NCBI GenBank assembly: GCA_025839675.1 | Contig: CP104013.1 | Coordinates: 4,290,001 to 4,322,000 of the forward strand | Reading direction: 5' to 3' | Origin: Candidatus Lokiarchaeum ossiferum | Lineage (GTDB): Archaea > Asgardarchaeota > Lokiarchaeia > Sigyniarchaeales > Promethearchaeaceae | DNA length: 32,000 nucleotides | Shown here: in pieces, positions 1 to 8,246 of the stretch | Layout of the letters: the number at the start of each line of letters is the position of its first letter | Position numbering within the stretch: the stretch's first letter is position 1 | Position numbers and translations under genes: made by a program | Notes under the pieces: model-generated | The model's database searches: none | The model's input: only the letters and a program-made list of their open reading frames with translations | Told to the model about the DNA's origin: nothing

Positions 1-89
1 GTTTCAAATGATATTCCGTCCTCCAATTAACTATATTTTTATAGTCGCATTTTTCAAATGTTATTTAGAATACAAATTTGGGATGTCTC

Positions 90-314
90 ATGGCTGATAA
101 AACAAACAAATTTAAAGGTGACGGGACCGATGAATTGAGAAGATTGATTGTTAATTATTATCGAAATCATGTTTATGGAGCTTTTGCTGATAATTTTTTG
201 GAATGGAATCCAAAAAATAAATTAGTAATTATTGATCTTATCAAGCAAGAATTTCAAGAATGTGACTTGCAAACCATTGAATCCATCATGGATGAATATT
301 ACAAGGAATTCTGA
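90..314 (+). CDS. small hypothetical protein (74 aa from ATG at 90; track ORF opens at TTG 78)
   Basis: Intact ORF with an A/T-rich TATA-like stretch (ctatatttttatag, 31-44) upstream and two T8 tracts downstream. No family recognised. Confidence 0.35.
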   Translation: MADKTNKFKGDGTDELRRLIVNYYRNHVYGAFADNFLEWNPKNKLVIIDLIKQEFQECDLQTIESIMDEYYKEF

Positions 315-323
315 CATTATTCG

Positions 324-366
324 TTTTTTTTATCATTTATGTTCTAAATGATTCAAAGTTTTTTTT
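324..366 (+). terminator. two oligo-T tracts (T8 at 324-331 and T8 at 359-366) after the 90-314 ORF
   Basis: Runs of 8 T directly downstream of the stop codon. Oligo-T tracts are the known archaeal termination signal. Confidence 0.45.
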
Positions 367-417
367 CGCACTGATATGGTTTATATTATTTTTTGTATTA
401 AAAATTCATGAACACAA

Positions 418-1734
418 ATGATTTCCAACCAAGATCTTGAAAAAATCGGCCTTCACATCCCCAAAATCCTTTTGCCTAAATCAGGACTTTCTTTAGAAAA
501 ATGGGCTGTTGTTGCCTGTGATCAATATACCGCTGAGCCGGAATATTGGCAAGAAGTTGAACAAATTGTGGGAACTGATCCTAGTACATTACGCTTAATT
601 TATCCTGAAGTCTACTTAAAGGAATCTAAAGCTGATAAGGAATCTCGAATCAAAAAAATAAACCACACCATGAATGAGTATCTAAAAGCAAAAGTATGGG
701 TAGAGCATGAGGGGTTAGTTTATCTGGAACGAACAACTCATGGAAAAACTCGTCAAGGTTTAATGGTTGCTCTTGATTTGGAAAACTATGATTATTCCAA
801 GGGATCTCAAACCCTAATTCGAGCCACTGAAGGTACTATTGTTGATCGTTTGCCCCCTCGGATCAAAATTCGAGAGAATGCTCCCGTGGAATTACCTCAT
901 ATTATGGTTCTAATCGACGATCCTCAAAAACAAGTGATTGAATCTCTTGCAACAAGTCAGAAAACTTTAGTTTATGATTTTGATCTTATGATGAAAGGTG
1001 GCCACCTTAAGGGATACACCCTTTCCAAAGATTTAGAAGATCAAATCGTAAAAGAATTAACCGGTTTAACAGATCTTGCCCAATACCGAGAAAAATATAA
1101 GTTATCTTCATCTATTTCTGACATCCTATTATATGCAATGGGTGATGGAAATCATTCTCTTGCCACAGCGAAAGCCATTTGGGAGCAAACCAAGAAAGAA
1201 AAGGGTATGGATCATCCTTCTCGTTATGCTCTCGTTGAATTAGTTAATCTTCATTCTGATGCTTTGGAATTTGAACCTATTCATCGAATCTTGTTTGGCG
1301 TATCCTTTGATATTATTGAGGCAATGAAGAAATTTTACAATAATCAACTCAAAATTGTTGAAGTACAAAAAGCTGAAATGATCAAAATTGTGAAATCGAG
1401 TACTTCTCAAGTATTCGGTTTGTTATTTGATAACCGTTATTTTACCGTGGAATTTACACATCCTCCTACAAATCTAACTGTAGGTTCCTTACAACAATGG
1501 TTGGATTCGATCGTAAAAGCCAATGAAGTAGAAGAAATTGATTATGTCCACGGCACGGATGCTACTGTGCAGATAGGAATGCAAACTGGGAATGTTGGCT
1601 TTTTCCTTCCAGTTTTAAAGAAGGAAGAACTCTTCCCCACAGTAATCTTGGATGGTGCTCTCCCCCGAAAAACGTTTAGTATGGGAGAAGCCGAAGAGAA
1701 ACGGTTCTATTTTGAAGCTCGAAAAATTCAATAA
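418..1734 (+). CDS. DUF1015-like protein (function unknown)
   Basis: 438-aa ORF whose layout recalls DUF1015/COG4198. It has an N-terminal segment ...WAVVACDQYTAEPEYW and a central block RQGLMVALDLENY...LIRATEGTIVDRLPPRIKIRENAPVELPHIMVLIDD. It has GDGNHS where canonical members have ADGHHR. Assigned from memory of the family, not a search. Confidence 0.55.
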   Translation: MISNQDLEKIGLHIPKILLPKSGLSLEKWAVVACDQYTAEPEYWQEVEQIVGTDPSTLRLIYPEVYLKESKADKESRIKKINHTMNEYLKAKVWVEHEGLVYLERTTHGKTRQGLMVALDLENYDYSKGSQTLIRATEGTIVDRLPPRIKIRENAPVELPHIMVLIDDPQKQVIESLATSQKTLVYDFDLMMKGGHLKGYTLSKDLEDQIVKELTGLTDLAQYREKYKLSSSISDILLYAMGDGNHSLATAKAIWEQTKKEKGMDHPSRYALVELVNLHSDALEFEPIHRILFGVSFDIIEAMKKFYNNQLKIVEVQKAEMIKIVKSSTSQVFGLLFDNRYFTVEFTHPPTNLTVGSLQQWLDSIVKANEVEEIDYVHGTDATVQIGMQTGNVGFFLPVLKKEELFPTVILDGALPRKTFSMGEAEEKRFYFEARKIQ

Positions 1735-1913
1735 GATATTTCAAGAAATCATTTTTTTCATTATTTCCTTCTCATCCTTATTCTGGGTATAGTCTAGAAA
1801 TTTGTTTCAATTTTTGAAAAAAAGTGCTATGTATCTCTGACAAAGTTTAAATATTTGTTATTTCTATATAGTCATGTTGTTAAATCTACATAACCTAAAA
1901 TGAGGAAAATTGC

Positions 1914-2660
1914 ATGGCACAAATTCTCACACATGATCCTAAAATCATTCAGCCCGAGTTAAATCGCGAAGAAATCCAAATTGAAATCAAACCATCTTTT
2001 CCGGCACTAATTACTGGACGATGGGACCATAAATATGAAAAATTTTACATCTGGTCTGTATTTCTTTCTCTAGTGGTTATTTCAGTTTTTGCTCAATTGG
2101 TTTTTCCTACCAAGTTTTCATGGATTACTAAAACAATTTCCGATCAAGGTAGTTTCGTTGCAAATCCCTCCGGTCATTTATTGTGGCGTATTGGTGTTAT
2201 AATAAATGGGATCGCTCATATACCTCACATATTGTATATCAAAAATCACATAGGATTTATCCATCCCAAGCTTGCTAACCTTTTTGGTGTGGTTGGGATC
2301 TCTTCTGCTGTTGGATTTAGTTTAGTTGGGCTTATTTCTATGGATTATGGTCCAATTCATTATGTTTTTGCGTTAATCGCCTTTGTGGGATATTATTTCG
2401 CCGGAAATTTTACTTTTTTGATCATTAACAGAAAGTCAAATCCTGCTTATGTGAAATTCAAGAAATCTGGATTATTAAAATTGTTTTATTTATTCTTCAA
2501 TGTATCTGGTCTGGGGTGTTTATTTTCGTTTCTTTTTTATGAAACTCCCACTAACCAACGAATTTATCCTCCTGTGGAATGGGCATTTTTAATTGCAATC
2601 TGTATTTGGTTATTAATTTGGCCGCGAATGATTAAAACAATAAATTCTGCTAAAAAATAG
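1914..2660 (+). CDS. polytopic integral membrane protein, unknown function
   Basis: 248 aa with multiple long hydrophobic segments (e.g. IWSVFLSLVVISVFAQLVF, LFGVVGISSAVGFSLVGLI, FALIAFVGYYFAGNFTFLII, WAFLIAICIWLLIW). GAGGA lies about 10 nt before the ATG. Confidence 0.55.
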   Translation: MAQILTHDPKIIQPELNREEIQIEIKPSFPALITGRWDHKYEKFYIWSVFLSLVVISVFAQLVFPTKFSWITKTISDQGSFVANPSGHLLWRIGVIINGIAHIPHILYIKNHIGFIHPKLANLFGVVGISSAVGFSLVGLISMDYGPIHYVFALIAFVGYYFAGNFTFLIINRKSNPAYVKFKKSGLLKLFYLFFNVSGLGCLFSFLFYETPTNQRIYPPVEWAFLIAICIWLLIWPRMIKTINSAKK

Positions 2661-2759
2661 GTGACTCACTAGATTCTGTTTGTCTATATTGAATTGCATC
2701 ATTTTAAAAAACCATTTTTTTATCAAGTATCAAATTCCATTTTTTAATCCCTTGAAATG

Positions 2760-3218
2760 TCACTTCATATTTTTATTCAAGTTTTCCTCTATAATGATCC
2801 GGTATTGATACAACTTTTCTTTTCCCTCACCATAGAAATTAATAAATTCACCGAACTTTGTGGCTCCAATTCTTTCATAAAGTTTTTGAGCTTTTTTGTT
2901 AGTGGAGAGCGTATCTCCAATAAAGGAACGATAACCTTCTTTTTTCCCCTTTTCGATTGCCAGTTGAAGCAACTCCGTACCAACCTTGCCATTTCGATAA
3001 TCTTCATCTACCCAGAGAAAGTCTCCGTATAAATTATATGAGTGGCGCGAAAGCACAATAAAACCCACTTTTTTTTCCTTTATGGATGCAACATACACTT
3101 GATAATACGGATCCTTAAAATAAATGGAGTAACATTCAAAATGCTTGAAATCTCGGCAAATGTGTTTTATTTCACTGATTGATTCTTCAGAAAAACAGTA
3201 TATTGCTATTTTTACCAT
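2760..3218 (-). CDS. GNAT family N-acetyltransferase
   Basis: 152 aa. It carries the GNAT motif A region LWVDEDYRNGKVGTELLQLAIEKGKKEGY followed by NKKAQKLYERIGATKFGEF. Confidence 0.8.
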   Translation of the reverse strand: MVKIAIYCFSEESISEIKHICRDFKHFECYSIYFKDPYYQVYVASIKEKKVGFIVLSRHSYNLYGDFLWVDEDYRNGKVGTELLQLAIEKGKKEGYRSFIGDTLSTNKKAQKLYERIGATKFGEFINFYGEGKEKLYQYRIIIEENLNKNMK

Positions 3219-3334
3219 ATTATGTTTTTAGAAATTACCCTATAAAAGTGCAGTTGTTGTTATTTGGAACATGGAACAAATCGTCCTTAATGAATATAAA
3301 TGTAGAAAAAAAAACTGAAAATACTTCACTATGC

Positions 3335-4993
3335 TTAATTAAACCAAACATAGGAAGAATAATCAGAGATTAATGGGTATTGCATGTATGTATCGCTTGA
3401 TGCTCCATTAAAGACAATCTGTCTTGCATAATTGAATGAATCGACTGCATTGTATCCATCATCAACATGATTAAAGAATGCATTAGAAAAGACTCCTTCA
3501 TTTGGAAGATTACCCACAGCATATGCATTGTGGTCTTCGTCTGAGGTAGACATAGCTAAATATGGGGATGCTTGGAAATCTATTGGAAATCCTCCAGAAT
3601 GGCATGATTCAATTAGATAAGCTTTACGTACTGTATCGATTCCATCCATCATTGTTCGGAAATCACTGGAATATACAAAACTTCCACTAGGACGGAAAGC
3701 GGTGTAGGAATCTACTCCATTATTATTTCCATGGCCAAATAAATACATGAAAACTGTGTCTTCAGCTCCGACATATGCATCGACTGTAGCAAAATCTGAA
3801 GCAAAATTGTAGGTATCTCTGAAATTGAAGATTTTTGTATAGCCTTCACCTTGTAAGACATTCCAGTACTCATCAATAATCCATTGGGCTCCGGCATCAC
3901 TAGCCCAGAAGAAAACTGCAATCTTCTCGGCATCTGGACTTGGACCTTGTTCTTCTTCTATGGTGACAGTTAACTCATAATTTCCCGTTCCACTATATGA
4001 ACGAACCATAATATACCAAGTACCTTCAGCAGGATTGTTAAATGTAACTTCTTCTCCACCTGATGTATAACCTCGCCAATCGTATGATGAGGTCGTAGGT
4101 TCTGCTCCGAAACGGCCATAGACATCAAAATCTGCGGAACCACATGTTAATATTGTTTCCATGCTTATTGCTTCATCTGATACTTGCATAGTATACATGA
4201 AAGTATCATATTGAGCTGCAAGGTATCCAGTTACTGGAACTCCGCTGAATAATTCGTTTGAAGGTGTTCCTCCATTATTAACTACAACTGTGACTGAATC
4301 TTCAACATAATTGCCTGCAACATCGTAAGCACGAACTGTAATTGTATGAGAGCCATCAGTTGATTGGGTTGTATCCCAGGTCCATGAATATGGGGAGCTG
4401 GTATCATCTGTCCATGATCCGCTATCCAGCTTACATTGAACTTTATCCATTCCGGATTCAGAATCACTAGCAGTAGCGCTGATGGTTATTGTATTTTGAA
4501 CACTTACACCATTTAAAGGAGCTGTAATTGCTACAGATGGGGCAGTGGTATCAGATGTGCCATCATCTGCATAATATGTTAGTTCTCCAGTATAGGCCGT
4601 AGTAGATGCCCAGTATGAATACATTTTCACTCCAATATAGTATGTTCCAGCCGTTTGAATATTGTAAGAACAGGTTTCTGGATTATTTGTTGTATAACCT
4701 CGAGCGAGGTAATTGCTGGTTGATGCACTGGTGCAAATATAGCAATCTATATCATAGGAATTTCCCCAAGAAATACTGAGTTGCATTAATCCTGGTTCTG
4801 CTTCGACGGTGAACCAATCTGTTTCACCTCGACCTACAGAATCATCCCAAGTCACAGTAGATTGACTTGAAAATGCAAATATTGATGACGAATTTCCTTC
4901 CAAAGTGTTTGTTGCTTGTACGGAGGCCATTGTAAAGAAAATTACACTGGTCACTAAGGCAATAAACACTATTGACTGTATTTTTTTTTTCAT
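3335..4993 (-). CDS. secreted multidomain protein: signal peptide, PPC-like domain, Ig-like domain, second PPC-like domain, C-terminal clan CD (C13 legumain-like) cysteine peptidase domain
   Basis: N-terminal MKKKIQSIVFIALVTSVIFFTMASVQA is signal-like. There are two pre-peptidase-C-terminal-like beta-sandwich segments (ETDWFTVEAEPG...GTYYIGVKMYS and DTFMYTMQV...GTWYIMVRSYSGTGNYELTV) and an Ig-like segment (APSVAITAPLNGVSV...HTITVRAYDVAGN). The C-terminal domain has FMYLFGHGNNNG (His421) and AYLIESCHSGGF (Cys464). The 43-aa spacing and the E-[AS]-C-x-SG context resemble legumain and GPI8. Confidence 0.7.
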   Translation of the reverse strand: MKKKIQSIVFIALVTSVIFFTMASVQATNTLEGNSSSIFAFSSQSTVTWDDSVGRGETDWFTVEAEPGLMQLSISWGNSYDIDCYICTSASTSNYLARGYTTNNPETCSYNIQTAGTYYIGVKMYSYWASTTAYTGELTYYADDGTSDTTAPSVAITAPLNGVSVQNTITISATASDSESGMDKVQCKLDSGSWTDDTSSPYSWTWDTTQSTDGSHTITVRAYDVAGNYVEDSVTVVVNNGGTPSNELFSGVPVTGYLAAQYDTFMYTMQVSDEAISMETILTCGSADFDVYGRFGAEPTTSSYDWRGYTSGGEEVTFNNPAEGTWYIMVRSYSGTGNYELTVTIEEEQGPSPDAEKIAVFFWASDAGAQWIIDEYWNVLQGEGYTKIFNFRDTYNFASDFATVDAYVGAEDTVFMYLFGHGNNNGVDSYTAFRPSGSFVYSSDFRTMMDGIDTVRKAYLIESCHSGGFPIDFQASPYLAMSTSDEDHNAYAVGNLPNEGVFSNAFFNHVDDGYNAVDSFNYARQIVFNGASSDTYMQYPLISDYSSYVWFN

Positions 4994-5023
4994 TTAAATC
5001 ACACAAATTTTGTAATACCCAAT

Positions 5024-5080
5024 TACATAATTGTGCATAAATCGAATCAAACTCCGATTTTTAGTGTACACAATTATGTA
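5024..5080. promoter_or_regulatory. paired quasi-palindromic sites upstream of the secreted peptidase gene
   Basis: TACATAATTGTG (5024-5035) and its exact reverse complement CACAATTATGTA (5069-5080). Each lies in a locally near-palindromic context, GTACA(C/T)AATT(A/G)TGTAC-like. They sit 31-87 nt upstream of the start codon at 4993 (minus strand). Confidence 0.4.
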
Positions 5081-5217
5081 CTGATAGATTATTCATAGAC
5101 TTTATTAATATAATGAAAAATCTATCATTATGTGATCTCAAGAACGAATTCCTATTCAATGTGAATTTAAATGCAACAATTATTCCAATTTATATATCAG
5201 AAATTTTATTTGCAATC

Positions 5218-5227
5218 TTATATAAAA
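5218..5227 (+). promoter_or_regulatory. TATA-like box for tRNA-Gln
   Basis: TTATATAAAA centred about 28 nt upstream of tRNA position 1 (5251). This is the expected spacing for an archaeal TATA box. Confidence 0.5.
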
Positions 5228-5250
5228 TTACATAGTTACAATACTATCAA

Positions 5251-5326
5251 AGCCCCTTAGTGTAGTGGCCAAGCATCGAGGGCCCTGACCCCTTTGACGT
5301 CGGTTCGAATCCGGCAGGGGCTACCA
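5251..5326 (+). tRNA. tRNA-Gln (anticodon CUG), 3' CCA encoded
   Basis: I folded the cloverleaf by hand. Acceptor AGCCCCT/AGGGGCT (A1-U72). D arm GTGT-AGTGGCCAA-GCAT. Anticodon arm GAGGG-CCCTGAC-CCCTT, giving CTG at positions 34-36. Variable loop is 4 nt. T arm GTCGG-TTCGAAT-CCGGC, then discriminator A and CCA. The element is GC-rich within AT-rich DNA, with a T7 tract right after it. Confidence 0.85.
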
Positions 5327-5333
5327 TTTTTTT
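5327..5333 (+). terminator. T7 tract immediately after the tRNA CCA end
   Basis: ctacca-TTTTTTT-cg. This is an archaeal-type oligo-T terminator. Confidence 0.6.
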
Positions 5334-5375
5334 CGAAACATTATTTCATAAAATAAGATTCTGAAAAAATTCTAT

Positions 5376-6866
5376 TTATTCCACTGGTAGTATTTCTGGT
5401 TTTTTTTGCTTCACCACAAACATTAGGATCCCGCCCAACATTCCAATAGAACACGAAATCCCCCAAATTAAAATGTACGATTTGTAGGAGATAATCCACG
5501 TGGGTTTTTCTAAAGGAACCAAAATATGCAATGCATTTGTTTTAACAAAATCAACTCCGAGACACCATAACTGCGAAAATCGACTCGGAGAATCTACGGT
5601 CCATACCATAACCGTTACATGTTGTTCTTCATACTCGCGAAAGACTTGATTTGATAGTGCGTGATGGGTGTTAATCATATCTCTTCCATCTCCGACTTTG
5701 GTCATATTGGTAGCCAATAGATTGTTGGAATTTATCATTATCTTATCATTCAAGTTTGAATCGGCAAGTTCTTGTAAAAGAATATCCCAATATTGATCAT
5801 GGAAAGGATGATCTTCAGCAGGACCTTCGGCATCTATATCAACATATAGATCCAACTCGCGCGTGAGATTTAAAACTTCTGCCAAAGTGGGTATCTTTTC
5901 TCCCCGAAATGCTTCTGCTTCCGTTTGAGATACATAGCCTTCATGAATGGTTTTATAAGGATCCTTCTCTACAAACCAAGAACCTGCATCAAGTTGTTGT
6001 AATTCAGACATGTTAAACATCGTGACATCATCATGCACTCGTTCTGGAAAAATTTCAGCAATATTTGTTGTCCGTTCAGCAGTATCGTCGTGACAAAGGA
6101 ATAAAATCCCATCATAGCTGATTGATACATCAACTTCCCAGCCGAATGCTCCCCAATCTGAAGCAACTTGCCCTGCAACTAAAGTATTTTCTGGGGCAAG
6201 ATGGGATGCTCCCCTATGTGCCATAATTTTAGGCTTTTCTGGGAGTGAACCGCGTAATACATTTACAGGGGGTGCAAGGATGGGAAGTAAAAGGCCCGAG
6301 ATATTAGTGATAACAAGAAAAATGAGTATTCCTCCTGATTTTAAACGATTCAATGTCGGTGGAGAATAGTTCAATTTCCTAATTCGCTTCAAAGTAGGGG
6401 GAAATAAAATACTTAAGATGACAATTATAATACAAAATAAAATCGGGCTGATATTTTCCAATTCTGGTCTGATCACTCGCAATTCCTCGCCTCCTTCTTT
6501 AATAAGAACATAGAGCATGAAATTCCATCCCAAAAAAAAAGTCAGAGGTATAATTTTATTTGCCAAGTGAAGGGAAAAGATAGAAACGTCTTCTATTTTT
6601 CGAATTTTCTTTGTGTTTGCAACGCTTAAAAAACTACCATAACAGATGAGAATGCCGGATACAACCATAATTATGACCAACCAATTCCAATGTAGACTCA
6701 TCGCATTCCCTAAAAATTGATTAATATCTATCCAAATTGGTTCCACAAGGAAAGCTATCAGTGTAAATACAAGCATATTCGCTAAAAACACCCAGTAGAA
6801 ACCAATCCATTGTTTACTATAGTGAGTTTTACGAAAAGGATTCTTCCATGTTAGTTTGCTCATCAT
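5376..6866 (-). CDS. membrane-embedded glycerophosphodiester phosphodiesterase (GDPD) family protein
   Basis: 496 aa. The N-terminal ~200 aa are polytopic hydrophobic. The central GDPD catalytic region is KIMAHRGASHLAPENTLVAGQVASDWGAFGWEVDVSISYDGILFLCHDDT, matching the HRG..ENT, E-x-D and HD motifs. A C-terminal hydrophobic helix follows (ILIWGISCSIGMLGGILMFVV). Confidence 0.8.
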   Translation of the reverse strand: MMSKLTWKNPFRKTHYSKQWIGFYWVFLANMLVFTLIAFLVEPIWIDINQFLGNAMSLHWNWLVIIMVVSGILICYGSFLSVANTKKIRKIEDVSIFSLHLANKIIPLTFFLGWNFMLYVLIKEGGEELRVIRPELENISPILFCIIIVILSILFPPTLKRIRKLNYSPPTLNRLKSGGILIFLVITNISGLLLPILAPPVNVLRGSLPEKPKIMAHRGASHLAPENTLVAGQVASDWGAFGWEVDVSISYDGILFLCHDDTAERTTNIAEIFPERVHDDVTMFNMSELQQLDAGSWFVEKDPYKTIHEGYVSQTEAEAFRGEKIPTLAEVLNLTRELDLYVDIDAEGPAEDHPFHDQYWDILLQELADSNLNDKIMINSNNLLATNMTKVGDGRDMINTHHALSNQVFREYEEQHVTVMVWTVDSPSRFSQLWCLGVDFVKTNALHILVPLEKPTWIISYKSYILIWGISCSIGMLGGILMFVVKQKKPEILPVE

Positions 6867-6929
6867 TTTTCCTTCGTGAATAAACTATTTATTTTTTATC
6901 TTATTGTATAGAATACAGGAGAACCACTC

Positions 6930-7520
6930 ATGTTTGAAATGGAGATTAAATTAAAAATTACCAATATCGAAGAATTGCGTTCCAAGCTTTCCTCTTTAGA
7001 TCATTCCCATCCTGTTGATTTGCATCATACTGATCGATATTATAATCTTCCCCCAACTATCGGTGATTTTGCGAAGACTGATGAAGCGCTTCGTTTACGG
7101 TCTTCTATTGAGAAACATCCCGTATCTCATGAAATTATCAAAGAATGCCATGATCTGACATATAAAGGGCCAAAATTAGATAAAACTGTTAAATCTCGCA
7201 TCGAACATGTATGTCATGTCGTTGAGGCTCACCAAATGGATGAGATTTTATTGGCTTTAGGATATCAAAAAGTTATTTCTGTTAAGAAACAGCGTGAAGT
7301 TCATGAAATCATTTTTGATGGTCATCCGATTGAATGTTTAATCGATCAAATTGAGCATTTGGATGGATTGTATTTTGAAGCTGAGATGATGGTGGGTTCC
7401 GAAGAAGAAATGAGCGCAACAAAACAAATTCTTTTGAATTTTGTTAACTATCTTGGGTATACAGAACAAGATACAATCGTAGAATCATATTTGGAATTAG
7501 TTCTTTCAAAATTGACTTAA
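6930..7520 (+). CDS. CYTH-domain protein (CyaB-like class IV adenylyl cyclase / triphosphate tunnel metalloenzyme family)
   Basis: 196 aa starting MFEMEIKLKI (ExExK motif). It also has DRYY, EALRLRS, LTYKGPKLDKTVKSRIEHV, VKKQREV and GLYFEAEMMV strands, typical of the CYTH tunnel. AGGAG lies 9 nt before the ATG. Confidence 0.75.
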   Translation: MFEMEIKLKITNIEELRSKLSSLDHSHPVDLHHTDRYYNLPPTIGDFAKTDEALRLRSSIEKHPVSHEIIKECHDLTYKGPKLDKTVKSRIEHVCHVVEAHQMDEILLALGYQKVISVKKQREVHEIIFDGHPIECLIDQIEHLDGLYFEAEMMVGSEEEMSATKQILLNFVNYLGYTEQDTIVESYLELVLSKLT

Positions 7521-7535
7521 TAGAGAAGAAAAATT

Positions 7536-8246
7536 ATGTCTCGTATAGATGAGTGCCAACAAGATTTGATTCAATTCATTGAAGAAGAAAAAGCTTCGAT
7601 GTTCCCCAAATTTTTCAAAGCCTTTCCCGGAGGGTATGGGGAAGGGGATAAATTCTTAGGGATTCGGGTTCCAAATATCCGCAAAGTGGCCAAAAAATAT
7701 AAAGATTTTACCTTTAACGAATTATCTGTTTTGATTCAAGATGAATATCATGAGGTCCGGATGTGCGCTTTATTTATTTTAGTGCTTCAGTTTGAAAAGG
7801 CTAAGGAAGAGTCTCAGAGAAAAAGAATTTGTGATTTTTACCTAAAAAATATCAACGCTGTGAATAACTGGGATCTCGTAGATTCAACCGCCCATAAAAT
7901 CTTAGGGGCTTATTTGGAAGATAAGAAACGTGATTTGCTATATGAATATGCTACCAGCAATCAATTGTGGCTCCAGAGAATTGCAATAATTGCAACCTTT
8001 TGCTACATTCGTCATGAAGATTATGATGACGCCCTCAAAATATCAAAAATTCTACTCCAACATAAGCACGATTTAATTCATAAGGCTGTTGGATGGATGC
8101 TCCGGGAAGTTGGGAATCGAAATCTACCCCGAGAAGAAGAATTTCTCAAAGTATATTATAAGACAATGCCGCGGACAATGCTTCGCTATGCTATTGAAAA
8201 ATTCGATGAGCCCTTAAGGAAAAAATATCTCCATGGTGAAATTTAA
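7536..8246 (+). CDS. DNA alkylation repair protein (AlkD/AlkC-like HEAT-repeat glycosylase family)
   Basis: 236 aa. Motifs are FFKAFPGGYGEGDKFLGIRVPNIRKVAKKY, NNWDLVDSTAHKILG, LWLQRIAIIATF and HKAVGWMLREVG. Size and order match the AlkD-type family. The start is 15 nt after the CYTH gene, so the two are probably co-transcribed. Confidence 0.8.
   Translation: MSRIDECQQDLIQFIEEEKASMFPKFFKAFPGGYGEGDKFLGIRVPNIRKVAKKYKDFTFNELSVLIQDEYHEVRMCALFILVLQFEKAKEESQRKRICDFYLKNINAVNNWDLVDSTAHKILGAYLEDKKRDLLYEYATSNQLWLQRIAIIATFCYIRHEDYDDALKISKILLQHKHDLIHKAVGWMLREVGNRNLPREEEFLKVYYKTMPRTMLRYAIEKFDEPLRKKYLHGEI

Noticed and set aside
2757-3032. 91-aa plus-strand ORF, and the nested 72-aa minus-strand ORF 2789-3007, overlapping the GNAT gene
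   Set aside because: Both lie entirely within the 2760-3218 gene, which has clear GNAT motifs. The translations are low-complexity and hydrophobic with no recognisable features. These are typical shadow ORFs of AT-rich DNA.
3179-4467. Track ORFs 3179-3373(+), 3712-3933(-) and 4282-4467(-)
   Set aside because: The latter two are out-of-frame ORFs inside the 552-aa secreted peptidase gene. The first spans the GNAT start and an intergenic region with no start context. The same reasoning applies to the other short nested ORFs in the track: 5969-6178, 10361-10564, 10604-10789, 11217-11399, 11454-11645, 13981-14205, 15185-15421, 15967-16164, 16549-16743, 20539-20763, 20854-21096, 21368-21589, 26344-26604, 29327-29596, 29713-29919, 31183-31485, 31187-31375 and 31493-31708.
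4994-5375. tRNA-Gln as an integration site of a mobile element
   Set aside because: I found no direct repeat of the tRNA 3' half elsewhere in the window. There is no integrase, transposase or phage-like gene on either side, and the flanking genes look like ordinary chromosomal cargo.
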